Part shown: positions 1 through 8,904 of the stretch, piece after piece | How the letters are laid out: each line of letters starts with the position of its first letter | Position numbering within the stretch: the stretch's first letter is position 1 | DNA from: an uncultured Actinomycetes bacterium | GTDB taxonomy: Bacteria; Actinomycetota; Actinomycetes; Nanopelagicales; Nanopelagicaceae | Assembly: GCA_903845465.1 (NCBI GenBank) | Contig: CAIMXQ010000084.1 | Span: 1 to 51,644 of the forward strand | Direction of reading: 5' to 3' | Length of the DNA: 51,644 nucleotides | Notes under the pieces: model-generated | What the model was told of the DNA's origin: nothing | Databases searched by the model: none | Seen by the model: only the letters and a program-made list of their open reading frames with translations | Made by a program: the position numbers and the translations under genes

Positions 1-127
1 AAGCATCCACCTGCGATATCTCATTACTTTGTGAGTGCAGAACAGAAAAGCCACCAATACCCATCGTGATGATGGTGAGAAAGAAGAGAGTGACAAAACT
101 TATGCGTGTGGAGGAGGAAAATCTCAC
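1..127 (-). CDS. Sensor histidine kinase, N-terminal fragment (runs off the window)
   Basis: Not in the ORF track. GTG at 127-125 overlaps the response-regulator stop (GTGA) and reads MRFSSSTRISFVTLFFLTIITMGIGGFSVLHSQSNEISQVDA, with a TM segment. Kinase identity is inferred from position only. Confidence 0.7.
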   Translation of the reverse strand, partial: MRFSSSTRISFVTLFFLTIITMGIGGFSVLHSQSNEISQVDA

Positions 128-810
128 TTCTTCTCCGCTTGCAGCTGGAATCCGACTCCTCTGACTGTACGTATGCCCTCAAAACCATCGCGGTGCAACT
201 TCTTGCGCAGATATGAAATATAGGTATCAACAACTGTGCTTTCGGATTCAAAGGTAATTCCCCAAACCTCATCGAGGAGGTAGGTCTTACTCAAGACTCG
301 CCCTTTGCTCTCTAGAAGTACATGTAGCAAACGAAATTCAGTGGGAGAAAGATCTACTTGTTCACCATTGAAAGTTACTTGATGTGAATCGCTATCAAGT
401 GTGATTGGACCACACGCTACATTTGTGGGAGTTGCAACGGTAAATTGTGACCGGCGGAGAATTGCCTTAATACGTAATACAAGCTCTTCAAGACCAAAGG
501 GCTTTGTCACGTAGTCATCCGCGCCAAGTGTGAGGCCTCGAGTCACATCAGCACGATCTGCACGCGCACTGAGCATTAGAGCGGGGGTGTTATCGCCATT
601 GGCACGAATGCGTTCGATGAATTCAAAACCATCCATCATTGGCATATTTATATCGACAATAAGGAGATCTGGTTTGGAGTTTCTGAGAAGGGTCTGAGCA
701 ATCATTGCGTCAGCTGCGGTGATGGTTTCATACCCAGCCAATTTCAGAGCATCTCCGAGTAAATCACGGACTCCGGACTCGTCGTCGATAATCATTATTA
801 ACTGGCTCAT
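124..810 (-). CDS. OmpR/PhoB-family response regulator (PhoP/TcrX-like)
   Basis: Receiver motifs (IIDDE, DINMP, ADDYVTKPF) and winged helix (VVDTYISYLRKKL, TVRGVGF). Start moved to MSQLIM at 810, preceded by CAGGGT-6nt. Confidence 0.92.
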   Translation of the reverse strand: MSQLIMIIDDESGVRDLLGDALKLAGYETITAADAMIAQTLLRNSKPDLLIVDINMPMMDGFEFIERIRANGDNTPALMLSARADRADVTRGLTLGADDYVTKPFGLEELVLRIKAILRRSQFTVATPTNVACGPITLDSDSHQVTFNGEQVDLSPTEFRLLHVLLESKGRVLSKTYLLDEVWGITFESESTVVDTYISYLRKKLHRDGFEGIRTVRGVGFQLQAEKK

Positions 811-880
811 GGCTATACCCTGCCATGCGTTGCGCATAAGCGCTACCAAATCAACGCCAAGCACACGTATCCATGAGGAC

Positions 881-899
881 ATTCACAGAATATTCACAC
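881..899 (+). promoter_or_regulatory. PhoP/OmpR-type direct-repeat box
   Basis: ATTCACA at 881-887 and 892-898 (11-bp period), i.e. TCACAGA-N4-TCACACA, in the -35 zone of the 923 gene. Confidence 0.65.
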
Positions 900-922
900 A
901 ACGAAGGATTTACTATAAAGCC

Positions 923-1390
923 ATGGAAAAGGTAGCTCGCACGAAGCGCAATTTCACTATTGCAGCCTCACTTCTACTTGCCTTTTCATGTAGCTCAGCA
1001 ATTACGGCACACGCTGATTCGACTCCATCTCCAGCGCCGTCAAGTTCAACAGATCCATTTAAAGTGGCTAACGAACAATTCAAACATGACCGAGAAATCT
1101 TTATCGCTGCGATGCACGATCGCGAAATGAAGATGCGCGATATTAATTCTTTATTCAAAACCGCGGTTGATAAGGCAAATAGCGATGCTCGCACCGCAAT
1201 GTCAACGGCTTCAACCCCTCTACAAAAATCAACAATTTTTTCCAATCGCCGTAACGCCATTGATGCAGCTATTAATGCGCGTGATCTAGCCATCACAGCG
1301 CTTGGCGCGATGCCAATTCCGCCTACCCAGCCCTTACGTCAACCAAAGACAATGGGTAATAACAAATCCAAGGCAGGACAGAACCACTAA
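923..1390 (+). CDS. Secreted helical/coiled-coil hypothetical protein
   Basis: ATG 923 preceded by TACTAT-6nt. Signal peptide ending AHA-D, then Pro/Ser linker and Ala-rich helices. Confidence 0.8.
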   Translation: MEKVARTKRNFTIAASLLLAFSCSSAITAHADSTPSPAPSSSTDPFKVANEQFKHDREIFIAAMHDREMKMRDINSLFKTAVDKANSDARTAMSTASTPLQKSTIFSNRRNAIDAAINARDLAITALGAMPIPPTQPLRQPKTMGNNKSKAGQNH

Positions 1391-1416
1391 TTTCCTACTG
1401 GATATTTTTATTCGAT

Positions 1417-1803
1417 TTAGGAAAGCGGAAGAAGATAAATAACCGCTGTGAGAGCTGCTGCGAGACCAAGAGATTGCAAAAGTATTACTGCAGCAGTCTT
1501 TCGGTCAGCTGCAAGGGAAGCTTTGTCAACTACCTTTGAGAGCTTTCCAATTCTTGAAAAGTTAAATGTGCCCATGAATCCAAATGCTAAACAGAATTTT
1601 TTACGTGATTGCACCCATCCTACGGATGCGACGGTGAGCGGGAGAAATATTCCGAGACGTACCTGGGCTGAAGCATGTGTGCTGATAAATCCAAAAAGTG
1701 CGCTGATGCTGAGCGCTAAACCTACGAGGGCAACAATCTGGCGCTGACGAATCTCAGCCTTTCCGATATTGCATGTACCTGGAATATATTCAGATGAAGA
1801 CAT
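1417..1803 (-). CDS. Small membrane protein (about 3 TM) with two Cys
   Basis: 128-aa ORF with YIPGTCNIG..E..QR and QSRKKFCLAFG motifs plus hydrophobic segments. Confidence 0.8.
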   Translation of the reverse strand: MSSSEYIPGTCNIGKAEIRQRQIVALVGLALSISALFGFISTHASAQVRLGIFLPLTVASVGWVQSRKKFCLAFGFMGTFNFSRIGKLSKVVDKASLAADRKTAAVILLQSLGLAAALTAVIYLLPLS

Positions 1804-1949
1804 TATGCGTCTTCAAATTCATCTTCATCGATCCAGGCATCTGTTGCTGTGTCATCCTGTTTTTCGATCCACGAGAGAAATGTTCCAACTGCACGGAAGG
1901 CAAGAATTGCCACAGTAATTGCGGCGAGGATTCTGCGTAGCGCTTTCAT
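1803..1949 (-). CDS. 48-aa single-TM small protein with acidic tail
   Basis: Read by hand: MKALRRILAAITVAILAFRAVGTFLSWIEKQDDTATDAWIDEDEFEDA*. TAATG overlap with the next gene; TATTTT-7nt-ATG upstream. Confidence 0.75.
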   Translation of the reverse strand: MKALRRILAAITVAILAFRAVGTFLSWIEKQDDTATDAWIDEDEFEDA

Positions 1950-1988
1950 AGGGATAAAAATACTCCACTTGAAGCAGGTTTGCCTCTT

Positions 1989-3056
1989 TTAAGCCTTTGT
2001 AAGTGCAGTGTCGATATCGTTCCAAAGATCTTCAACATGTTCGCAACCGACTGAAAGGCGAATGAGATTTTCGGGGACGCTGTGGCTTTCAAGCTCCCAT
2101 CGCCTACGACGTTCCCAGGTTGTCTCTACTCCCCCAAGACTTGTTGCGTTGATAATCAGAGATGCTCCATCACATACGCGTTCAGCAGCAATCGCATCAC
2201 CCTTGATTTCAAATGAAATGATCGCACCAAATCCTGGGTAACGAACGTTAGATACAGAGCTATGGCTTGCCAGTTTCATCGCCAACACTGAAGCGTTGGC
2301 TTGTGCCCTTTCAAATCGAAGTGGGAATGTGCGAATTCCACGCAGTGCAAGCCATGCATCAAACGGTCCAGCTGTTGCACCGAATGATGTGCGTGCATCA
2401 AGAAGACGGGCATAGAGAGCAGGATCTTTGACAGAGAGTGAACCAAGGATGACATCGCTGTGGCCTGCTAAATACTTTGTTACTGAATGCATCACTACAT
2501 CTGCGCCAAAGGTTAAAGGTTTCTGATTCAGCGGAGTTGCAAAGGTGTTATCGAATCCGACACCCAAATTGCGTTTCTTAGCCTCGCCGATGATTACTGA
2601 AACTTCCGCAACTCCGAGACCTGGATTAGTTGGTGATTCAACCCAGAGAAAAGCTGCGCCCTGTAACTGTGAAATTACTTCCTTCGTGTCGGTGATATCA
2701 ACAAAGCGAACTTCGAGGCGACCATCTTTGTGGTGCCGCTTTAAGAGGGACATTGTCCCGCTATAACCCTCGTGAGATGCAACGACTGGTGCACCATGTG
2801 GCAAGAGTGAAAATACTGCCGTAATCGCTGCCATTCCAGATGAGAACAAAAGAGTTGAATCTGCTTCTTCAAGTGCGCTAATTGCATCTTCGAGTGGATG
2901 CCACGTTTCATTTCCGAATCTGCCGTAACTAATTAGTCCACCTGCAACAAATGTTGAGTTGAGCGAAATCGGAAGGTTCACTCCTTCACCGGCTAGATGC
3001 GGTGGTCGCCCACTTGAGATTGCAATTGTCTCGGGGCGAAGCTCATCAGATGCCAT
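1989..3056 (-). CDS. metB: Cystathionine gamma-synthase/lyase family PLP enzyme
   Basis: YGRFGN, SSGMAA, ESPTNP, DNTFATP, HSVTKYLAGHSD (PLP Lys), SLGGVET, RLSVGCE. Confidence 0.85.
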   Translation of the reverse strand: MASDELRPETIAISSGRPPHLAGEGVNLPISLNSTFVAGGLISYGRFGNETWHPLEDAISALEEADSTLLFSSGMAAITAVFSLLPHGAPVVASHEGYSGTMSLLKRHHKDGRLEVRFVDITDTKEVISQLQGAAFLWVESPTNPGLGVAEVSVIIGEAKKRNLGVGFDNTFATPLNQKPLTFGADVVMHSVTKYLAGHSDVILGSLSVKDPALYARLLDARTSFGATAGPFDAWLALRGIRTFPLRFERAQANASVLAMKLASHSSVSNVRYPGFGAIISFEIKGDAIAAERVCDGASLIINATSLGGVETTWERRRRWELESHSVPENLIRLSVGCEHVEDLWNDIDTALTKA

Positions 3057-3072
3057 GCCCTAAGAGTAATCG

Positions 3073-4236
3073 CTAACGCAGAACAGTAGCGAGGCGATTA
3101 AAGGCCTCTTCAAGTATTTCTGGGCTAGTAGCGAAATTGAGCCGCACGCATTGTGTTGACTGCGGCCCAAATCGAACTCCGGGAACACATGCGACTTTGG
3201 CTTTTTCAATGAGAACGGCAGCTGGATCTTCACCAAGATTGAATGAAGTCAGATCCAGCCACGCAAGATAGGAACAGTGAGGAATGAGATAGCCAACGCC
3301 GGGAGTCGTAGATTCAATCAGGGACGCAACCAATTTTCGATTGTGGTCGAGTTGAATCATCAGCGCATCTAGCCATGGCTCGCCCTTTTCGAAGGCTGTG
3401 ACAGTGGCAAAAGCACCGAGAAGTGATGCGCGGTAATGAGTCGCTGGAGCAATTGCGCTAAGAGTCTCGTGCACTTTCGCATCCTGGGTAACAATAATTG
3501 CGCATTTAAGGCCAGCGATGTTCCATCCCTTACTTGCGGCAGTAATGGTTATTCCAACCTCGCGTGCAGTTTCAGAGACAGCCAAGAAAGGGGTGAAAGT
3601 CTGTTCAGAAAATGTGAGGGGTGCATGGATTTCATCACTGAGAAGATAGACTTTGTGCTTCTTTGCAAGTTCAGCTAATCGTGAGAGTTCTTCGCGAGTG
3701 TAGATACGTCCCAATGGATTATGAGGATTGCTGATCAGGTGGGCCTTGATACCTGAGGCATAAGCCTTCTCGATTCCATCCCAGTCAAGAATCCAATTGC
3801 TGCCATTTACAGGTGTATCTGATTGAGTAAGTGGAACATCTACTTGTTGAAGATGAGTCTCTGTGCACCATGTCCAGAAGTTTGGATAGACAGGAGAGTT
3901 AATTAAAATCTTATCTCCTGGTTGTGTAATTACTCGAAGAACCTCGACAACTCCAACACCAACATCGGCTGCAATGCGTACCTGCAGCGGATCTACATCC
4001 CAGCCCCAGCGACGTTTAGCAAAACCAGCAAATGAAGCTCCCATTTCAGGAATCGAACCAAGATAGCCAAGGTCTGAATGATCGATCATCTCTCGCAGAG
4101 TTTGGCGGATGGGGTCGGCGACAGGAAAATCCATTTCGGCGACAGGAAGCGGCAGTACATCTTTAGGAAAAGTGCGCCATTTTTCACTTCGGTGGGTCTG
4201 CAATTCGCTGAGGTCCATCGCCTTAAAGTCGCTCAT
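3073..4236 (-). CDS. MalY/PatB family cystathionine beta-lyase
   Basis: SEKW, VAEMDF, NPHNPLG, SDEIH, ASKGWNIAGLK, RLNFAT. Confidence 0.9.
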   Translation of the reverse strand: MSDFKAMDLSELQTHRSEKWRTFPKDVLPLPVAEMDFPVADPIRQTLREMIDHSDLGYLGSIPEMGASFAGFAKRRWGWDVDPLQVRIAADVGVGVVEVLRVITQPGDKILINSPVYPNFWTWCTETHLQQVDVPLTQSDTPVNGSNWILDWDGIEKAYASGIKAHLISNPHNPLGRIYTREELSRLAELAKKHKVYLLSDEIHAPLTFSEQTFTPFLAVSETAREVGITITAASKGWNIAGLKCAIIVTQDAKVHETLSAIAPATHYRASLLGAFATVTAFEKGEPWLDALMIQLDHNRKLVASLIESTTPGVGYLIPHCSYLAWLDLTSFNLGEDPAAVLIEKAKVACVPGVRFGPQSTQCVRLNFATSPEILEEAFNRLATVLR

Positions 4237-4270
4237 AGACTTAGTATGTCACCACCAATAAAGTTAAGCC

Positions 4271-4888
4271 ATGCTCTCAGAGTCGCAGATGAAGAAGATA
4301 GTTAAAGAGTTATCTTCACGAGACAAGCGACTTGCACGGGTAATCGACGCACACTCTTTATGCACAATCGGCCGTAACCCAAAGCCAGTAAGCCACTTTG
4401 AGGCTCTCGTTGAATCAGTCATCTCACAACAATTAGCAGTAAAAGCTGCCGATACAATCTATGGGCGTGTAAAGGATTTAGCTAAGGGTCGAGTCATTCC
4501 TGGGCGCATTGCCGAAATTACAGAGATAGATATGCGAGCTGCTGGCGTATCGGGTGCAAAGTTCAAAACAATTCAGGGACTTGCAGAAGCTGCCATTACA
4601 AAGAGGATAAAGATTAATTCCTTACATGAAATAGACGACGATCAAGAGATCTTTGACCAACTTACTGGTCTCTGGGGAATCGGACCGTGGACAGTTGATA
4701 TGTTCATGATGCATCAACTTGGAAGACTTGATATCTGGCCAACAGGTGACTTAGGCGTTCGTCGCGGTTGGGAGAAGATGTATTCCCTCAAAGAAGAGAT
4801 TGAACCCAAGGCGCTGGATAAGAAGGGCGACAAATTCCGCCCATATCGAAGTGTGGTTGCCTGGTATTGCTGGCGAGCGCTTAGCTAA
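4271..4888 (+). CDS. alkA: DNA-3-methyladenine glycosylase II (HhH-GPD)
   Basis: ISQQLAVKAA, LWGIGPWT, PTGDLGVRRG, RPYRS. Confidence 0.88.
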   Translation: MLSESQMKKIVKELSSRDKRLARVIDAHSLCTIGRNPKPVSHFEALVESVISQQLAVKAADTIYGRVKDLAKGRVIPGRIAEITEIDMRAAGVSGAKFKTIQGLAEAAITKRIKINSLHEIDDDQEIFDQLTGLWGIGPWTVDMFMMHQLGRLDIWPTGDLGVRRGWEKMYSLKEEIEPKALDKKGDKFRPYRSVVAWYCWRALS

Positions 4889-5408
4889 CCACCGCAGGAA
4901 ATGCCACACCCGTTGAAGAGTGGCAGTCATAACCGTTGGGATTCTTCTGTAGATATTTCTGGTGATAATCCTCAGCGAGGTAATACGGAACTCCGTCCGC
5001 GCTCTTTATCTCAGTGACGATGTCACCGATTCCTTCGCGAGTAAGAGATGCCTGGTACACATCGCGGGTTACTTCTGCTTGAAGGTGCTGTGATTCTGAG
5101 GTTGTAAAGATAGCGCTGCGATATTGAGATCCAATATCTCCACCTTGGCGATTGAGCGATGTTGGATCATGCATTACCCAAAACTCTTCGAGAAGTCGTC
5201 GATATGTCACAATTGATGGATCGAAAGTGACTTCAACCATTTCTGCATGACCTGTGACGCCTGTACAAACTTGTTCATAGGAAGGGTTAGCTCTCACTCC
5301 ACCCATATAACCAACGCTCGTTGAAGTTACGCCTTCAATATTCCAATAGCGGCGTTCTGCGCCCCAGAAGCAACCGGTTGCGAAATATGCTTTCTCTGAA
5401 CTGTTCAT
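4881..5408 (-). CDS. msrA: Peptide-methionine (S)-S-oxide reductase
   Basis: GCFWG, GYMGG, TGHAE, DIGSQYRS, AEDYHQKYL. Start corrected to MNSSEK at 5408. Confidence 0.95.
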   Translation of the reverse strand: MNSSEKAYFATGCFWGAERRYWNIEGVTSTSVGYMGGVRANPSYEQVCTGVTGHAEMVEVTFDPSIVTYRRLLEEFWVMHDPTSLNRQGGDIGSQYRSAIFTTSESQHLQAEVTRDVYQASLTREGIGDIVTEIKSADGVPYYLAEDYHQKYLQKNPNGYDCHSSTGVAFPAVVS

Positions 5409-5435
5409 AGTCGGATAACCTACCCTTGTACCTGC

Positions 5436-5507
5436 GCCCCCGTAGCTCAGGGGATAGAGCACTGCCCTCCGGAGGCAGGTGCACAGGTTCGATTCCTGTC
5501 GGGGGCA
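5436..5507 (+). tRNA. tRNA-Arg(CCG)
   Basis: Acceptor stem GCCCCCG/CGGGGGC, D arm GCTC..GAGC, anticodon arm CTGCC-CTCCGGA-GGCAG, GGTTCGATTCC T loop. CCA not encoded. Confidence 0.96.
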
Positions 5508-5642
5508 CGCGATGTAAATCACCCATATTTTGGAAATCTCTTTCGCTACCTTCTTGTTTAAGTAAGTAACAACAGGGAGAATTACTCCCTTGCGCAGATA
5601 CTTTGGCGCACTTTCACCAACAGATCCGAAAGGGGTAGAGCC

Positions 5643-5909
5643 ATGGACTGGAGACATCAATCTGCGTGTCGCGATGAAGATCCTGAGCTCTTCTTCCCTG
5701 TAGGAAATACCGGTCCTGCAATTACTCAGATCGAAGAAGCTAAAAAAGTCTGCAATCGCTGCATCGTCAAAGATGCATGTTTGGCGTGGGCTCTTGAATC
5801 AGGACAAGATGCAGGAGTCTGGGGCGGACTCTCTGAAGATGAGCGTCGCGCCCTTAAGCGCCGCGCAGCACGTAATCGTGCACGCCTTGCCGATAGTTCA
5901 CAGTCTTAA
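5643..5909 (+). CDS. whiB1: WhiB1 Fe-S transcription factor
   Basis: MDWRH..CRDEDPELFFPVGNTGPA, four Cys, GVWGG; SD GAAAGGGG; convergent with pdtaS as in mycobacteria. Confidence 0.95.
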   Translation: MDWRHQSACRDEDPELFFPVGNTGPAITQIEEAKKVCNRCIVKDACLAWALESGQDAGVWGGLSEDERRALKRRAARNRARLADSSQS

Positions 5910-5924
5910 ATTATTGATACCCTA

Positions 5925-7397
5925 CTAAGCATTTGGGAAAGTAAGTACCGCTCGGGTCTCATTGTCATCTGTCACTAAAGTAAGAGTGCCACGTAATTCA
6001 TTCTCAGTCAGAGTGCGAACAATCTGAAGTCCAAGATTTGGTGAAGTTGATATATCAAATCCTTCGGGAAAGCCAACTCCATCATCTGAAATAGTTACTG
6101 AAACTTGATTGCCTTCAATCGCGGTATGAATCCCTAGCGCAGAGCCTTCATCGGCTAACCCATGTTCAAGTGCGTTGTGAATGAGTTCAGTGATGACAAG
6201 AGCGAGCGGCGTTGCAATACGGGGTTCTAGAGAACCAAGCTTTCCGGTGCGATCAATCCTCAATTCACTCATGCGTGGGCTGAGCTCGAGTGCATGCGAA
6301 ACCAAGCTATCGAGAACTTCATCAAAGGCTACAGATGAATCTCTACTGCTTGAAAGTGTTTCATGTACCAAAGCAATAGATGCAATACGGCGCACCGCTT
6401 CATTAAGTGCAGCACTTGCCCCCGGATCTTCGATACGACGGGCTTGTAAACGAAGTAGGGCTGAGACAGTCTGTAGATTATTTTTCACTCGATGATGGAT
6501 TTCTCGGATTGTGGCGTCCTTGGTAACGAGCTCTCTTTCACGTCGACGGAGTTCAGTCACGTTATTGAGCATCACGATTGCTCCAACACGATCTTCGCCT
6601 TTTAATAAAGGAAGTACTGTGAAATCAATAGTTCCGCCCACATTCTCAATTTCTACCCGCTTAAGTGATTTTCCTGTAAGACCCATAGCGATAGTTTCTT
6701 CATGTGCATCTGGTCGCACTCGTGCAAGAGACTCTGCAACTTCTCCTAGCGCGTGGCCCTCGACTTCACTCACCCATCCAAGTCGACTAAATGCTGAACG
6801 CGCATTGGGACTTGCATATGAGACAACGCCATTAACATCGAGGCGGATAAGCCCATCTCCTACTCGCGGCGCTGGATCAAAGAGTGAACCTGCATCGGTA
6901 TATGGAAAGGTACCTTCGGCAATCATTCGGTAGAGGTTATGTGCAATTTCGCGATAGTTAAGTTCGAGTCTGCTGGGTTGACGCATTAACTCAGAATCAC
7001 GGTGACGTGAAATCACGCCAATCACATGGCCGTCAAAGATCACTGGAATCGTCTCTTCCTTGACCATGTGATCACCCATCTGTTCAGGCTGAGTATCGCG
7101 AACAATTTCAGCCTCAGATAAAGCTTGATCGATATGTGGTCGGGATCCATGTGTGATTTCATCGCCGATGAGATCGTGTGGAAAGAGAGTGGCAGCTGTT
7201 GTTGGACGGATATGTGCAACTGCCACGTAACCCGTTGGCCAACTCTTAAAATCTTTACGAAGTGGGACCCAGAGAATCAAATCTGCAAATGAGAGATCTG
7301 AGAGAAGTTGCCAATCGGCGATAAGTTCGCGAAGGCGGTAGATCTGTTCCGATGATAAAGGACTTCGGTCGCGTACATATTCTTCAATCGAGGCCAT
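5925..7397 (-). CDS. pdtaS: Cytoplasmic sensor kinase PdtaS (GAF-PAS-HisKA_2)
   Basis: WQLLSDLSFADL, PRVGDG, EIHHRVKNNLQ, DDGVG, LGLQIV. Confidence 0.92.
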   Translation of the reverse strand: MASIEEYVRDRSPLSSEQIYRLRELIADWQLLSDLSFADLILWVPLRKDFKSWPTGYVAVAHIRPTTAATLFPHDLIGDEITHGSRPHIDQALSEAEIVRDTQPEQMGDHMVKEETIPVIFDGHVIGVISRHRDSELMRQPSRLELNYREIAHNLYRMIAEGTFPYTDAGSLFDPAPRVGDGLIRLDVNGVVSYASPNARSAFSRLGWVSEVEGHALGEVAESLARVRPDAHEETIAMGLTGKSLKRVEIENVGGTIDFTVLPLLKGEDRVGAIVMLNNVTELRRRERELVTKDATIREIHHRVKNNLQTVSALLRLQARRIEDPGASAALNEAVRRIASIALVHETLSSSRDSSVAFDEVLDSLVSHALELSPRMSELRIDRTGKLGSLEPRIATPLALVITELIHNALEHGLADEGSALGIHTAIEGNQVSVTISDDGVGFPEGFDISTSPNLGLQIVRTLTENELRGTLTLVTDDNETRAVLTFPNA

Positions 7398-7403
7398 CTG
7401 AAA

Positions 7404-7793
7404 TTACCGCAGCCAGCCTTGAATATTTTCAGCAATTTCCTGTGTTGCAAACCAAGTGAGCTCTTCTCCATCGCTAGAGACTTCAAAGAGACAATCTACG
7501 TTCTCCCAGAGAAGTGGGGCAGTTAGCGAGACCGACATATCGTGACTTTCAGAGATGATGTTTGCGGGAATTTCAAAGGCTAGGACACATGCGGCACCTG
7601 AATCAGGTGACTTCATCTCAGTGGCATCTTCGGCTGCCACCATAGAAAGTGTGTATTCAATTTCTTCATCATCAAGGTCTTGGTTATCGACAATAAATTG
7701 AGAAGTTGGCGCATAGATATCGGAGACATCGAATGTCCCAGATGCAAGAAACTCCTGTACCTCTTTGGCAGTCATTGCCACATATCCACGCAT
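7404..7793 (-). CDS. Conserved actinobacterial hypothetical protein (DUF6912-like)
   Basis: Acidic 129 aa with EEIEY and LTWFATQEI motifs; TAGGCT-6nt-ATG. Confidence 0.7.
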   Translation of the reverse strand: MRGYVAMTAKEVQEFLASGTFDVSDIYAPTSQFIVDNQDLDDEEIEYTLSMVAAEDATEMKSPDSGAACVLAFEIPANIISESHDMSVSLTAPLLWENVDCLFEVSSDGEELTWFATQEIAENIQGWLR

Positions 7794-7812
7794 GAGCTAA
7801 GCCTATAAGAGG

Positions 7813-8904
7813 TTATGAGATTAGTTCACCGGCAATTCGAGCTATCGCCTTACGCAGAGGGCTCTTCTCATTTGATTCCAAAAGAGTCAACTGCTCACTT
7901 TCGGCAGCATGAAGGCTCCGAGAATCGTGAGGCAATTGGAGAATTCGATGGGGGCGAAGTGGCGTCACTAGCTTCAAGAATTTTTCGCTATTTCCCGTAG
8001 TTCGTTTCTCGAGTGGGCGCTGTATATGCAGAAATGAAATTGCCGGTTTGATTGAATTGGTAGATAACTCCGCAGCGAGAGTTTTCAGTCTTGCGATTCC
8101 TAAATGATCTATAGTCGAGAGAAGGATGAGTTCGTCTGCAGCATTGCTGACCCAGATGAGCGCTTCGCTTGACCATCTCCTTCCAGTTAAATTCGCTGCA
8201 AGATCACGAATCGTGCCGATATCGATAATCATAAAGTCGAAATCAGATGTACTTCGATTGAGAGATTCAATACCTTCAGAGATTTCTGTGTTAGTTAGCT
8301 CTTGCGCCCAAAGTCCTGGAGCGATTTGGCGAGGTTCGTTACTTTCTTGAAGGCCACGTTGACCAAGCAGTGCCGCAATTGATGGTGTGAAAGCATGCGC
8401 ATCAACAAGCAAGCACTTTCTATTTTGGGCAGCGATCTCAGAAGCCAGATTAATCGCCAAGGTTGTGCAACCAATTCCTCCAGAACTTGATCCGATGGCG
8501 ATGATCTTTGCTCTTTTTGCAACATCTCTGTGAGGAGTCGGACGAATGAGAGGAGATCGCAGAGTTCCACGAATCAGCGCAATGAGATTAAGTGAAGAAT
8601 CCGGTACTTCGATGGCATCAGGATAATGAGAGTGATCTCCGGCAGATGACTGAAAGAGAATTACCTGCTTTGTAACCTTTCGCAAGTGAAGAAGTGTTTC
8701 TGGCGTTAGTCCTTCACAATCACTTGAGATGAGAAGTACACATTGTGCGCTTTCACCTTCTTTGAGGAATGCGAGAAGTGATTGACAATCAAGTGCCCGA
8801 AAGTTGATGCTCCACCCTTGTGAGAAAAGTGTGCTGGCAATGAACCCTTCGGAATCAGCGTCGCGAATTGCTGTGATTGCAATCTGTGGGTGTGCTTCAG
8901 CCAT
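7813..8904 (-). CDS. MinD/CpaE(TadZ)-like P-loop protein with degenerate Walker A
   Basis: SSSGGIGCTTLAINLA, LLVDAH, IIDIG. Start at MAEAHP overlaps the SAF gene end. Confidence 0.75.
   Translation of the reverse strand: MAEAHPQIAITAIRDADSEGFIASTLFSQGWSINFRALDCQSLLAFLKEGESAQCVLLISSDCEGLTPETLLHLRKVTKQVILFQSSAGDHSHYPDAIEVPDSSLNLIALIRGTLRSPLIRPTPHRDVAKRAKIIAIGSSSGGIGCTTLAINLASEIAAQNRKCLLVDAHAFTPSIAALLGQRGLQESNEPRQIAPGLWAQELTNTEISEGIESLNRSTSDFDFMIIDIGTIRDLAANLTGRRWSSEALIWVSNAADELILLSTIDHLGIARLKTLAAELSTNSIKPAISFLHIQRPLEKRTTGNSEKFLKLVTPLRPHRILQLPHDSRSLHAAESEQLTLLESNEKSPLRKAIARIAGELIS

Noticed and set aside
719-922. ORF-track extension of the secreted protein, and 811-882 extension of the regulator
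   Set aside because: They overlap each other and the promoter; the signal peptide and -10 spacing support starts at 923 and 810.
5436-5642. Integrated element at tRNA-Arg
   Set aside because: No integrase, no duplicated tRNA 3' end noticed, and core genes on both sides.
5409-5660. ORF-track N-terminal extension of msrA (259 aa)
   Set aside because: It is the antisense reading of tRNA-Arg and the whiB1 leader; MsrA similarity starts at 5408.
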